From Dictyostelium discoideum (lineage: Eukaryota): a stretch of DNA of 64,000 nt. Under the pieces are notes generated by a model. The model worked only from the letters and a program-made list of their open reading frames with translations, was not told the DNA's origin and did not search any database. A program made the position numbers and the translations under genes. The first letter of the stretch is position 1; every line of letters begins with the position of its first letter. Location: NCBI GenBank assembly GCA_000004695.1, contig CM000155.2:3456001-3520000 (forward strand), given 5' to 3'. Positions 42,299-55,145 of the stretch are shown in pieces.

Positions 42299-43138
42299 TT
42301 TAATATCTGTTTTGTTTGTTGGTATTTTAAATTTTTACATGTAAATATACAATTAAAAAAAAAGTTGAAAATGAAAAAATTATCTAAATGTGTGGGCACA
42401 ATTAGTAGGGTGTGTATGGTGTTGGGTTTTTTTTTTTTTATTATATTTTATTTTTTATTTTTATTAAAAAGTATTTGAAATAGTAATGATATTGATATAA
42501 TGAAAAGTATTTATGTCTGTATTTATATGTGAATGTGTGTGTGTGTGTGTGTGTATATGTATAAATGGTTTTTTTTTAGTTTATTTTAGTTTATTTTATT
42601 TTTTTTGTATAAATATGAAATTTGAGGATGATTGTAAAAAAAATAATAATTTTAAAAACAAAAACAAAATGAAACTCTAATAATTATGATCTAGATTGAA
42701 TTATGAATGATATAAAGAATGGGCAACTTTGCATTACATTGATATTACAATTGTGGTGTTTCAAATGAATTTTTAAAAAAAAAAAAATAAAAAAAAAAAA
42801 AAAATCAGAAAAAAAAAAATTTTAACGGCGCAATTACCATTATTATTATTATTATTTTTATTATTATTATTATAATAAAAACGTCGTTGAAAGTTTTTTG
42901 AACCACATAAATGAAAAAATTAAAAAAAAAAATTAAATAAAAAAAGTGATAATTATTCTACTCTTATTACTTTTTTTTTTTTTTTTAAAATTTTATTTAT
43001 TTATTTAAAAATATTATTTATTATAGTTATTATTTTTTAACAAAAAAGAATAAAGATGGTGAAGTTATTAAATAATTTTTTTTAAAACCCAAGAAAAAAA
43101 AAAAAAAAAACCTTTTTTTTAAAAAATCGTTTTGTTTG

Positions 43139-43170
<32 letters not shown>

Positions 43171-43769
43171 AATGGGGGAAATTTTTTTAGGTAAAAAGGA
43201 GTTTATTTTTTGTTTAAATAATTCTTGATTTCGGATTTAAATGAGGGTGAATTAAGGGAATGAGAAGATTACCTTTAAACCTTTTTTTTTTTTTTTTTTT
43301 TTTTCCCCCTTTAAATTGGTTGGTTTTTTAAAAAGGTTTTTTTTTTTTTCTCCCTTTAATCTTCCCTTTTATTATTATTATTATTATTACTTAAATTATT
43401 ATATTAAATCTTGAAACATGATAGTTTTGGTGTTGTTGGATTTAGTGTATTAAATAGAAAATGAAAAAAATTGAAAAAAAAATTATTTTTGTGAAAAAAA
43501 AAAAAAAAAAAAAATGAAAATAAAAAAATAAAAATAAAAAAAAAAAAATTATAACCAATTGCTGTATAAAATAAGATAATTAAAAAAGGAAATTATAAAA
43601 AAAATTTTAAAAAAAAAAAAATTTTTTGAAAAAAAAAAAAAAAATTTAATTTTTGGGAAAAAAAAAAATCCCACGGTTTAATTTTTAAACAAAAAATTTT
43701 TTTATTTAAATTTTGAAAAAGGGGCCCAACCCATTATTTTTTTCAAATTTTTTTTTTAAAAATTTTTTC

Positions 43770-43814
<45 letters not shown>

Positions 43815-44222
43815 CTTATTTTTTGGGTTTTTTGGAAATGTTTTTTTTTAAAACCAAAAATAATTTCTTACTAAATGATGAATGCCAACAATCGTCACGC
43901 ATATTCATTTATTATTAAAAGAAAATCGAGTTTTGCAATGGTCGATAAAAAGAATTTTATTATAAAAGTTCACTAAAAATAATTTAAAATAAAAGAATAA
44001 AAATTAAAATAATAAAAAAAAAAAAAAAAATCACACACACACATCACACCACAACCACTAAGTTATTTTTAATTTTTTTAATTTTTTTTATTTTTTTTAT
44101 TTTTTTTTATTTTAATTTTTTTTAAAATTTTTTTTTTTTTTTTTTATTATAATGGAAATATATTTTTTGATATACACCCAAAAAAAAAAAAAAAAAAAAA
44201 AAACCCCAAAAAAAAAAAACCC

Positions 44223-44253
<31 letters not shown>

Positions 44254-44794
44254 ATAATAAAATAAAATAAAATAAAATAAAATAAAATATAACAATTGTT
44301 ATAATTATATAATATATAATCATAATGTAAGTTAAATAAATAAATATATAAATTATTTGTTGGGGTGATTTTATTTATATATAGAAATGATTTCTTTTTA
44401 ATATTATTATTTTTTTTTTAAAAAATTATTATTTTTATTTTTATTTTATTTTTATTTTTACTTTAAAAATATTATTAATGATTGATATTAAATAACAAAA
44501 AAAAAAAAAATAATTAATACTAATAATTTAACATATATATATATATTTTTTTTAAAATTTTTTATTTTTATTTAAAATAAAAACATAAACCTTATTTTTT
44601 TTATTTTTTATTTTTATTATTTTGCCATTAAAATAAATAAATAAATAAAAAATAAATAAAAATAAATAAAAATAAATAAATAAATAAAAATAAATAAATA
44701 TAAATAAATAAAATAAAATATAAAAATAAAAAATAAACAAATTTAAAAAAATTAAATAATTATCTATATTTATTAATTATTTTTTTAAAAAAAA
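41608..44794. promoter_or_regulatory. Long (3.2 kb) divergent intergenic region between Myb (-) and RhoGEF (+)
   Basis: No supported ORF (41884-42075 and 42172-42399 are poly-I/F artefacts). Contains (ATT)n 42216-42296, (GT)n 42535-42558, poly(T) 43767-43815 and several G/C-run islets (43290-43340, 43670-43740, 44190-44230). Confidence 0.35.
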
Positions 44795-45152
44795 ATGTTA
44801 ATTCATCCATTTATACAATCATTTACTGAAATAATTGATAATAGGATGAAGTTAGGGAATAATATGGAGGGAGTTATAGAATGTAAAAATTGTCAAACTG
44901 ATACACCCAAATGTAATAAAGTTTGTCTTACTTGTAATTCTGACATTGGTGAACGATGTTGGAGATGTAATTATTTGGGAAAAATAAACTCAAAATTTTG
45001 TTTTAGATGTAATGTTAAATTACATCCAACTTCAATTCCACCAAAGGATTCAATACAACCAATACCAATATTTACAAAACATCCAATAGCCTCTACACTT
45101 TTAATTAATAAATCAATAATTCCAACTCAATCAGAAAATAATAGTATTAATG

Positions 45153-45237
<85 letters not shown>

Positions 45238-45353
45238 CAACACAAACAATAATGATAGCAAAATTATTGATGCTACTATAACTAATACTAAAAACAATAA
45301 CACAACTAATAATAATAATATTAGTAATAATAATAGTAGTAATATTATTAGTA

Positions 45354-45427
<74 letters not shown>

Positions 45428-45637
45428 TTGAATTTCCTTAAAAAAAGTACAAGCTGTGATAATGGTAGTTTTGAAAGTATCAGTGATTCTATCTCACCAA
45501 TAAAGGATATAATTAACAATATAAACAATAGAACCAAAGATATTGAAAAATTAAATAGTGCGTTGCCGTTAAACAAAAAATCAAATTCTTCTACTTCTTG
45601 GTCAAATTTTAATACTTTTAAAAATAATAGTAAAACC

Positions 45638-45703
<66 letters not shown>

Positions 45704-46281
45704 TATAAACCAACAATAACAAGTAGTCAAACCCAACCCTCGCTTATGGAAAATAGTAAAGATATCGACAAAAAAGAAAAAATACCTTCAAATATTAATA
45801 ATAATAGAAGCACCACTATTATTTATAAATATCAAGAAGATAATAGTGAAGATTATACGGATGATGGTGATTTTGAAGAGTTTCAAATAAACTCTAATCT
45901 AACCTCAGAATCATCATCAATTGATTCTTTAATAATAAAGGATGGAGTAATAGCAACAACTGTGACATCATCAACAATAAATTGTATTAATGACAATAAC
46001 TTTGATCCTGATCAATTATCATCATCGACATCATCAATAAAGAAACCAAAATTATTCTATTCCATAACTAAAAAGAAATTAGTAAGTCAATCACCACCGC
46101 CACCACAACCACCATTTTTAGCTTCAGCTTCATCATCATCAACAACAACAATAACAACAACAGATTCTCTTGAAAAATCAATTAAAGATTCAACACCAAT
46201 AGCTACGACATTGGTTAATGATTATCAAAATCAAAATCAAAATTTAAATAATGAATCGGCAGCTTCATCATCATCATTATC

Positions 46282-46321
<40 letters not shown>

Positions 46322-47334
46322 TTATTACCAGATTCTCAAACCAATTTAAATAATTTAATATTTATTGAAAAGTTAAATAATGATTTATCTGGTAGTATTG
46401 AAACTTTGAATAATAGTTTAAATAATAGTTTAAATAGCTTAAATTCCAGTTTTAATTTTAGATTAAATTTAAATTCAATTACAAATAATGAAGATAAAAG
46501 ACTTTCAAACTCATCATTATTGGATGAAATAATTGATGCATTTCCATCTCCACCTTCAAAGAATCCTTACATTTCAGTTTTAAATACTAGTGGTGGTATA
46601 GGTAGTAATAGTAACAGTAGTAATAATAATAATAGTAACAGTAATAATATAACAAATAGTAATAGTTCAAGTTTCAGTAAAAAGAATAGTAATAATAATA
46701 ATAATTATCAACCAGTTATTTCACTACCAATTCCTATTGTTAATCATCAACAACAGCAACAACAACAACAATTACAAACAGCTGCAATTTTAGGTAATAA
46801 TAATATTAATTTTATTCAAAATCCATCATCGACATCGACAACGACAACGACTACGACTGCTTCTACTACAACTATTTTAATTAAATCTGATCATAGAACC
46901 AATTTAATAAAAGAGATTTTAACAACTGAATTAGATTATGTTAACGATTTAGAGACCATTATTAATGTTTTTTGTAAACCACTTAGAGATTTTATATCAA
47001 ATGAAGATAGTGCAAGTATTTTTTCAAATATTGAGCAAATTTGGCAAATTAATAAACAACTCTATGAGAATTTAATTTCAAATACTTTAACTATTGGTCA
47101 AGTTTTTTCAAATATGTCTGATTCATTAAAAGTTTATTCTGTATATTGTAATTATCATCAAAAATCTTTGGATAGTTTAAATCAATTATTAAAAACTCCT
47201 CAAAATGAATCTTTTTTTGATCAATTATTAAGTAAACCTGAATTAAGAGGAATGGGTCCTCATTCATTTTTAATTAAACCTGTTCAAAGAATTTGGTAAT
47301 TATCTTAAATATATATATATTTTTAAAAATTTTA

Positions 47335-47371
<37 letters not shown>

Positions 47372-48488
47372 GATATTATTATTATTATTATTAACACTTT
47401 GATATATTTATTTAAAATTTTTTACTATAGTAAATATCCATTATTATTAAAAGAATTATTAAAAGCTACAGCAGAGGATCATTTTGATTATCCACAATTA
47501 ATACTTGCTGTTGAAAAAATTGAAAAAATTGTTGGTACAATAAATAGTCAAAAGAAAGAAATGGAAACTTGGCAAAGAACAATGCAATTAATTCAAAATT
47601 TAAAAGGTGCTGATGTAAGTATAATTATAATTTTAAATTTTTTATTTAACTTTTTTTATTTATTAATCATCTTTTTTTTTTTTTTTCTTTTTTCTTTTTT
47701 CTTAGAATTTACAATTATTAGCAGCAAATAGGCATTTAATTTTAGAAGGATCATTACATTTAGTGATTGGATTCACAGAGAATGCAGAGAAAAAGAATTC
47801 AAGTTTAAAATTTAAAAAAGGTGTTTACTTTTTATTTAATGATTTATTTTTGTTTACAAAACAAAAAGGTACAACTTATAAACTATTATTTTATACTCAA
47901 TTGGATAATGTTTTAATTCATGCAAATGTTTCAAATTGTTTCCCTGCTGATAAGAGTGTATTCTCTTTAGTTGAAATTGGTGTTGGTGGTAGAAAATGGA
48001 CATTTTGTAATACAAATTCAAATAGTAGTAATATTAGTAATAGTGGTAATAGTAGTGGCATTATTAATAGTAGTAGTAGTAGTAGTGGTAGTTGTAGTAA
48101 TGGCGGTAATAGTAGTGGATATAATAATTTAAATAATACATGCGGTATATATAGCGGTAATAGTAATAATAATAACAATAATAATAATAACAATAATAAT
48201 ATATTTTCTACTATTCAAAAATTAATTGAAAAAACATGGGAGGATAAATTCATGGGACAAAGTAGCGTTTCACATAGATTAAGTATCCCATCGACAAGTT
48301 CTCCAAATAATGGTGCTTCTTTGAATGGTAATAGTAGTAGTAATAGCAGTAGTACTTCAATATCAACAGTTGGTTCTCCAAATGTTACTTCAGCTGCAAA
48401 ACAACAACAGCAACTACAACAGCAACAACAATCTTCAAAGAAAAGAAATAGACGTCTAGTAAAAAGTTTAGTTAATATTAAAACATAA
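44795..48488 (+). CDS. RhoGEF (DH-PH) with N-terminal Cys-rich zinc-ribbon-like module
   Basis: 3 exons: 44795..47295, 47431..47614, 47706..48488. N-terminus CKNCQTDTPKCNKVCLTCNSDIGERCWRCNYLGKINSKFCFRCN (four CxxC pairs). DH domain RTNLIKEILTTELDYVNDLETIINVFCKPL ... YSVYCNYHQKSLDSL ... FLIKPVQRI|CKYPLLLKELLK (junction restores the classic QRIxKYxLLL motif). PH domain in the last exon. Large poly-N/poly-T(hr)/poly-Q linker. Confidence 0.85.
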
Positions 48489-48657
48489 TTAAATTTTTCT
48501 TTTAAAAAAAAAAAAAAAAGTTATTTTGTGTTTTCATTTTAAATATGTATATATCATGGAGAAAAAAAAAAAAAAAAAAAAAAAAAACCAAACTAAATAT
48601 ATTATATAATAAAAAAAAAAAAAAAAAAAAACCAATTTAAAAATTAATTATTTTATT

Positions 48658-50154
48658 TTAAAATGTTATTGATTGAGGTAGTAAAGTTTCATTTAAAGAT
48701 TGATCAAAAGAATTACCAATTATAAGTTTTTCTATTGTTTTTGGTAATTGAAAATTTATTGGTTTATCAAAATCACCAATTAATTTTAAAACTTTTAATT
48801 TTTCAGGAATAAATCCTTTAGATATTGATTGATTTGATTTTATTACTAATATTTCAACACTTTCTGGTATAAAATAATTGGAATTAAATTGAAAACCATA
48901 ATATTTTCCAAATTTTAAATATTTAATTGAATTTGGGAAAACATAATTCTCAACGATTTTATTACAATTAATTGTTAATTTTTTAATACTTGTTGGTATT
49001 GTTATTGATTGAATTGTAATTGACTTATTAAAACGAATACCAAGTTTTAAATTTTCAATTGTATTTGGAAGATTAATATGTTGAATTGATCTGTGGATTT
49101 TACAATTTAAAATTAATTTATTTAAAGAGGATGGAAAAAAATTTAAATCTTGAAATTTATAAATATTTTCAAAATTCCAATCGTAATCTACAAGTTTAAG
49201 ATATGTTATTGAATTTGGTAAAACGTTTGGTTGAACTATTATTTTAGAAACAATTAGAATTAGAGTACTCAAGTTTGGTGGGAACATATCCCTTGTTAGA
49301 GAAGTTTGTTTTTTATTTGAATAATTTAAACTTAACCAAGTTAAATTCTCAAATGAATTAATTGGTAATATGAATTTTGGAATTAAATGACTAATATCTA
49401 GTTTTTTTAATGTCAAAGGTAATGAATTTAATTGAAAAACGATTTCATTTTCGTCATTAAAATATTTCTCTGAAGTTGTTAGAGTTAAACTTTCCAATTG
49501 ATTAGGTAAACAATCGCTTTTAAATATTAATAATAGTTTCATTAAATGAAGTGATAAATGCTTTATATGATTTGGTAAATCGTTTGCTTTCAATTCTGTA
49601 TTACCATTATACCAATATGGTCCCAAATCAAGTGATGTTAAACTAGTTGGAATTGATAACCATTTTGATAAATTATGATTTGGACATCTGAAAATTGATA
49701 ATGATTTTATATTATTTGGAATTATAACTTTTCTTTCAGGTGGCAAATCATCAGACTCGTTTTGTTCATATCTATCACCTCTTATAAAAGTTGCATTTAT
49801 AACAGTTTCAACTGAAGTTGGAAATAGTAATAATCTGGTTATCTTATTATTATATCTTGGATATGTAAATTTCTTTAATCCATTTGATAATTGTGATTCT
49901 ATTGGTTGTTCACACTTATATTTATCATATAAAATCGAAATTGAATGTAGACTTTTTGGAAAATCTTCACCTGAAATAAATTCACCTGTACCATCATAAA
50001 TAACTGTTTTATAATATTCTATATATGGGAAATCTCTAATATCCTCAACTCTATCTATCGCAACAGTATCGTAATTTTTAAAAAATCTAATAAACCTAAA
50101 TATTATTCTATTAATAAAAATATTCCTCCAAACTTTAAAAAATAATTTATCCAT
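48658..50154 (-). CDS. FNIP-repeat-containing protein (Dictyostelium-specific repeat family)
   Basis: Single 498-aa minus-strand ORF, ATG at 50154. At least 10 tandem about 22-aa units of the form LP.SI..L.FG..FNQ.I..G.IP.S (e.g. FPNSIKYLKFGKYYGFQFNSNYFIPESVEILVI, LPKTIEKLIIGNSFDQSLNETLLPQSI). Confidence 0.85.
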   Translation of the reverse strand: MDKLFFKVWRNIFINRIIFRFIRFFKNYDTVAIDRVEDIRDFPYIEYYKTVIYDGTGEFISGEDFPKSLHSISILYDKYKCEQPIESQLSNGLKKFTYPRYNNKITRLLLFPTSVETVINATFIRGDRYEQNESDDLPPERKVIIPNNIKSLSIFRCPNHNLSKWLSIPTSLTSLDLGPYWYNGNTELKANDLPNHIKHLSLHLMKLLLIFKSDCLPNQLESLTLTTSEKYFNDENEIVFQLNSLPLTLKKLDISHLIPKFILPINSFENLTWLSLNYSNKKQTSLTRDMFPPNLSTLILIVSKIIVQPNVLPNSITYLKLVDYDWNFENIYKFQDLNFFPSSLNKLILNCKIHRSIQHINLPNTIENLKLGIRFNKSITIQSITIPTSIKKLTINCNKIVENYVFPNSIKYLKFGKYYGFQFNSNYFIPESVEILVIKSNQSISKGFIPEKLKVLKLIGDFDKPINFQLPKTIEKLIIGNSFDQSLNETLLPQSITF

Positions 50155-50581
50155 AATAATTTAAAATTAAATTTAAATAATGAAAAAAAAAAAAAATTTG
50201 TTTTTATTATTATGATGGCTAGTTAAATGTTTTTGCTTGGATATTGGTGACTTGATTAAAACAAATTAAAAAAAAAAAATTAAAAAAAATTGAGAAAACA
50301 AGAAAAAAAACAATAAAATTTTACATTTTTTTTTTTTATTAATAAAAAATGATAGCAAAACAGTAGGATTTGGAATGTTCTCCCTAAACAATAAAAAGAT
50401 AATAGATTTAAAAAAGTATTGAAAAATAAAAATTAATTAAAATTGTTTTATTTTTTATGATTTTTTTTATTTATTTATTTTTTTTTTTTTTTTTTTTTTT
50501 TTTTGGTTATTTTTTATTTTTAAAAAAATAAGGATCTATATTACAATTGTATTGATTTTGTTTAAATTATTATTTTATTAT

Positions 50582-53110
50582 TTAATATAATTTTAAAATG
50601 AACTTCTTTTGATTTTGACGCCATTTTGGTAATTTATAAAATTCAGATCTATTTTGACCAAATAATCTCTTAAAATCTTGGTTGTTAAGGTAAGACTCTA
50701 ATTTAAATACATCATAAGCTCCAGATTTTTTATTTGCAACAATGGTTTCATATGGGATGTAGGTGAAATTTGGATCGTCAATATTCATTTCATCATTATC
50801 ATCACCAGTTTTTAAATCACTATGTGAATTTAAATCTGAAAAATGATTATCATCACCATCACTATCAATGGTTACAGAGGTTATTGAATTTGAAGAACTT
50901 GTTCTTTGTGAAACTGATAATGGTGATGATTCATATGTTCCTTCACTACCATTTGGATGTTGATTAACAATTGCTGGTGATGATGATAATTGTGATGTTT
51001 GTGATTGTTTTTGTGAATTTGATTTTGTTGTTGTTGGTGGTGTTGTTGTTGGTGGTGTTGTTGTTGGTGGTGGTGTTGTTGTTGGTGGTGGTGTTGTTGT
51101 TGTTGGTGGTGGTGGTGTTGGTGTTGCTGTTGTTGTTGTTGTTGTTGGTGTTGGTGTTGGTGTTGTTGTTGTTGTTGTAGTTGAAGATGGTTGTTGTGAT
51201 AATGTTTGTTCATTATTTTCATCTAATGATACTTTACCTTTTCTTTTTAAAGTAAAATGACCAGTAATCTTTGAAATTGTTGAAACTGATTTTGATCTCG
51301 TTCTTTGTTCTTCAAATGTTGGTGGTGGAGTTATTGAACCATCATCGTTATTATTTCCAGTTTGTAAAGAAGAGCCACCATCATCAGGACCTAATAAATT
51401 ATCAAATTTCTTTTTACGAGTTAATCTTGGTCTACCATTTATAACATTATCAGCTTCATCACAACTTGTATTTGAAGGTGATTCAATTGGTGGTGTTGAT
51501 GAAGTAGAATTTGGTTGTTGTAATGAAGCTGATAATTCACTTGGGTGAATAGTTTTTCTTTTTTGAAATAATGTATTAAAAATTGAAGGTGATGAAGGTG
51601 GAGAAGAAGAAACATTACCATTTCTTGGTGAACTATTATTTGAATTATTATTTGAACCATTACCATTTGCTGCTGATGCTGTAGTTGGAATATTTGTTGC
51701 TAAACTTTGTTGTTGATTACCATTATTATTATTATTATTATTTTGAGCAATCATTGATTTAGATAAAGTTTTTCTACTTGAAGTTGAAATACCACCACCT
51801 ATATTAGTACTACCACCAATACTAGTATTTAACATTATTTTAACAGATTCATCAACATCAGAATTTATAGTTTTTCTATTCTCTCTTAATTGATTAATTA
51901 ATTTATTGATTTCACTTTTTAAATTTGATTTTTCTAATTCATTTTTACAATAAATAGTATAAACCTCTAATTGATCTTGTTGATTAAAATATTGAATTAT
52001 TATAATTGGTTTTTCAGGTTCACTATCATTATGATTTATAGAATTTTGAAGTTGTAATTGTTCCTGTTGTTGTTGTTCTTTATCATGATGATCATCATCT
52101 AAAACTATTGAATTTGAAAGATCAATTATACCATTAAATCTAACTTTTTTATTATTTGAAGATCTTGGTGTACCCATAATTATAATATCATTAAATAGAT
52201 AAATGATTGAATCTTGTTTCTTTTTTGGATTTACAAATAGAAATTCTTTAATAAAGAAACGACTTGGTTGAAATAAATTATTTGGTATTGATTTACCAAC
52301 TAAATTTGAAAGGATTTCAGTAAACTTTTGAAAATTTTCAACTTTTCTTTTACGTTCATTTAAAAAGGTAGCAATACTTTTAATTTTTTCGACAGCTTCT
52401 TTCAATGGTTGATAATCTGGATGATCAGTCCATGTATTTTTAACCAATTCTGTCAATAATAGGAAATATCTTGGTACACGTTGAATTGGTAAAATTAAGA
52501 ATGAATCAATCTCTGATCCACCAATCTCTGGTCTATTATTAACTTCATTCATCATTGAATTGAATTTATCGGAATTCTTTTTAAGATCTTTAATTGCTGC
52601 GATTGAATTATCATAATTTTCAACATAACTACTATAAACCTTTAAAAATGATGAAATCGATAAAAACATATCACTTAATTTCGTATAAATCTTCCAATTG
52701 TTACCACATCTTTTCTCTAATTCCTCTAAAAATGTTTTACCAAAATTATATATAATTATTATATCACTAAATATCATTCTACTTTGTTCTTTACTTATAA
52801 TCTCTTTTTGTAATAATGGTTCCATATAAAATTTTATACATATATTTAAATTTTTAACATAATCTGTTTCTGTTTTTAATATTTCATCTGTAATTTTTTT
52901 TCTATGTATTATATTTCTTTCTAAAATTTAAAATAAATAATTATTATTTTTTATAAAAAAATTGAATAGAAAAAAAAAAAAAAAAAAAACTTACTTAATT
53001 TTAAATAAACTTGTCTAACTTTATAACCTTTCCATAATGCTTGAAAATATAAAAATCCTTTTTCACATTTTTTATCTATTATTTTAAATTGTAAAAAAAA
53101 AAAAATTAAT

Positions 53111-53144
<34 letters not shown>

Positions 53145-53664
53145 AATTAAATTTATATTTACAATCAACTTTATTACCAGATATTATTTCAATTTTCTTT
53201 TTAATTACTAATGTACCACCAGGTTTTTGTTTTTGATTAAAATTAAATTTAACATTACTTGAATAATCTTTAATTTGTGATAATAATAATTTTAAATTTA
53301 CTAATTCATCTTCAGCTGGCATTCTAATTTGAACATTTGATGATTTTGGAAATTCAATTGTAAAATCTTTCTTTTCACATGCAAATCTTCCTAAACATGA
53401 TAAACATTCAACAACTTTAACAATATTTTCACCTTTAAATAAATCATCTGTAAAAAATAATTTTTGTGGTGGAAATCCAAAATCTTTTAAACCTAATAAA
53501 AAGAATTCAATATTACCTCTAAATTCGAATCCCTAAATTTTAATTTATTTTTTTAATATATTTAAAAAATAAAATTAAAATTAATAATAATTCAAATTTT
53601 ATTAAAAAAAAAATAAAAAAAATATTATTGAAAAAAAATCACACTTGTCTTATTCCAAAAAAAA

Positions 53665-53705
<41 letters not shown>

Positions 53706-54001
53706 CCAAATTTTGATTTATAAACGATTGATGGGACAGTATTTTCTTGAATTACATTAATTAAATCCCATAAAATTACACCATTTTTTAAAGCATCAAA
53801 AAGATTTGTTTGAATTTTAACACCTAAAACTTTTTCTAACCATTCTTTTACTAAAATTTCTGTTTTTAAATAACTTTTAACTTTTTCATCAGATACAAAT
53901 CCGATATTATTTATTAATTTAAAATTTGAAACACCTCTTAAAAATGTTGGTCTTTTTAATCCTTCACCATTAGATATAGCGTTATCTTCGCCTCTATGCA
54001 T
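50582..54001 (-). CDS. RhoGEF with N-terminal calponin-homology (CH) domain, IQ motif, DH and PH domains, S/T/P-rich C-terminus
   Basis: Minus strand, 4 exons, approx 54001-~537xx, 53532-53163, 53075-52995, 52920-50582. Exon 1: EWLEKVLGVKIQTNLFDALKNGVILWDLINVIQENTVPSIVYKSKF (CH N-half). Exon 2: FEFRGNIEFFLLGLKDFGFPPQKLFFTDDLFKGENIVKVVECLSCLG (CH C-half). Exon 3: FLYFQALWKGYKVRQVYLKL (IQ). Exon 4: RKKITDEILKTETDYVKNLNICIKFYMEPLLQ ... LILPIQRVPRYFLLLTELVKNT (DH), then PH. Exon1/exon2 junction phase is ambiguous (see findings). Confidence 0.78.
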
Positions 54002-55093
54002 TTTTTATTATTTTTTTTTTTTTCCTGTATCTTTTTTTTTTTTTTAATTTTTTTTTTTTTTTTTTTTTTTTTTTAATCAAAGATAAAAAATAAAAAAAAA
54101 AAAAGAAAAAAGAAAAAAAAATTAAAAAAAAAAAAAAAAAAAAAAATTGAATGATTTTTTGGTTTTTGATTCTGTTTTTTCAAATAAAAAAAATAAAAAA
54201 AATTTTTGAATCTTGGCAACCACAAGGTTTAACTTTGTTTTTTTTTTAAAAAAAAAAAAAAGAATTTTGAAAAATAAAATAAAATAATTTATTTTAATAA
54301 AAATAAAATAAAATAAAAAAACCCCCAAATTTGGAAGGGGGTTTTTTTTTTTTTTTTTTTTCCACCCTCCATAATTTGGGGGTTAAAAACAATAGAAAAA
54401 AACCCCCCCGGGGAACCCAATTTTTTTTTTTTTTTTTTTTTTTAAAAAAAAAATTTTTTTTTTTTTTTTTTTTAAAAAAAATTTTTTTTTTTTACACTTA
54501 AATTATTATAAAAAATAAACTCCTAGATTTTAAGGAATTTGTCATTGCCAAAAAAAAAAAAAAAAAAAATTGGGTTAAAACAAAATTTAAATTTAAAAAA
54601 TATATTTTCAAAACACTATTTTGTGATCATTAGAAATAAAAACCACAGCTTTCATCGCTACTAATACCAAAATTTGTTTTTTTTTTTTTTTTAATCATTT
54701 TATTTTGTTTTATTTTATTTTATTATTTTATTATTTTTTTCTTCTTCCAATTAATGACATCCAATCTTTTCTGATTTTTTTTTCCATTTTACTCCAAATA
54801 TTAGCAAAAATATTAAGGATTGGAATAACATAAAAATTAAATTGAGATCTTGATTTCTTTTGATTATTTTATTTAAAAAAAAAAGATTGAAAAAAAAAAA
54901 AAAAAAAAGATTTTTTTTAAAAAAAAAAAACAGATTAAACAATTTCCAATAAAGGTTCAATTTTCTTATTTTGTTTTCCAGGATGTTGTAATGTTGGTAA
55001 TGCAAATGTAAACCAATTACTATAATTTATATATTAAAATTTGAAATTTATTTGTGTTAATAATAAAAATAATAATAAAATCATTTAAAAAAA

Positions 55094-55114
55094 TTAAAAT
55101 AGTGATACATACAA

Positions 55115-55145
<31 letters not shown>

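Noticed and set aside
53520-53540. tRNA T-loop-like string aaaTTCGAATCCct on the plus strand
   Set aside because: It lacks the preceding GG of GGTTCGAATCC, has no acceptor-stem complementarity within 70 nt, and lies inside the CH-domain exon (FEFRG codons) of the RhoGEF gene on the opposite strand.
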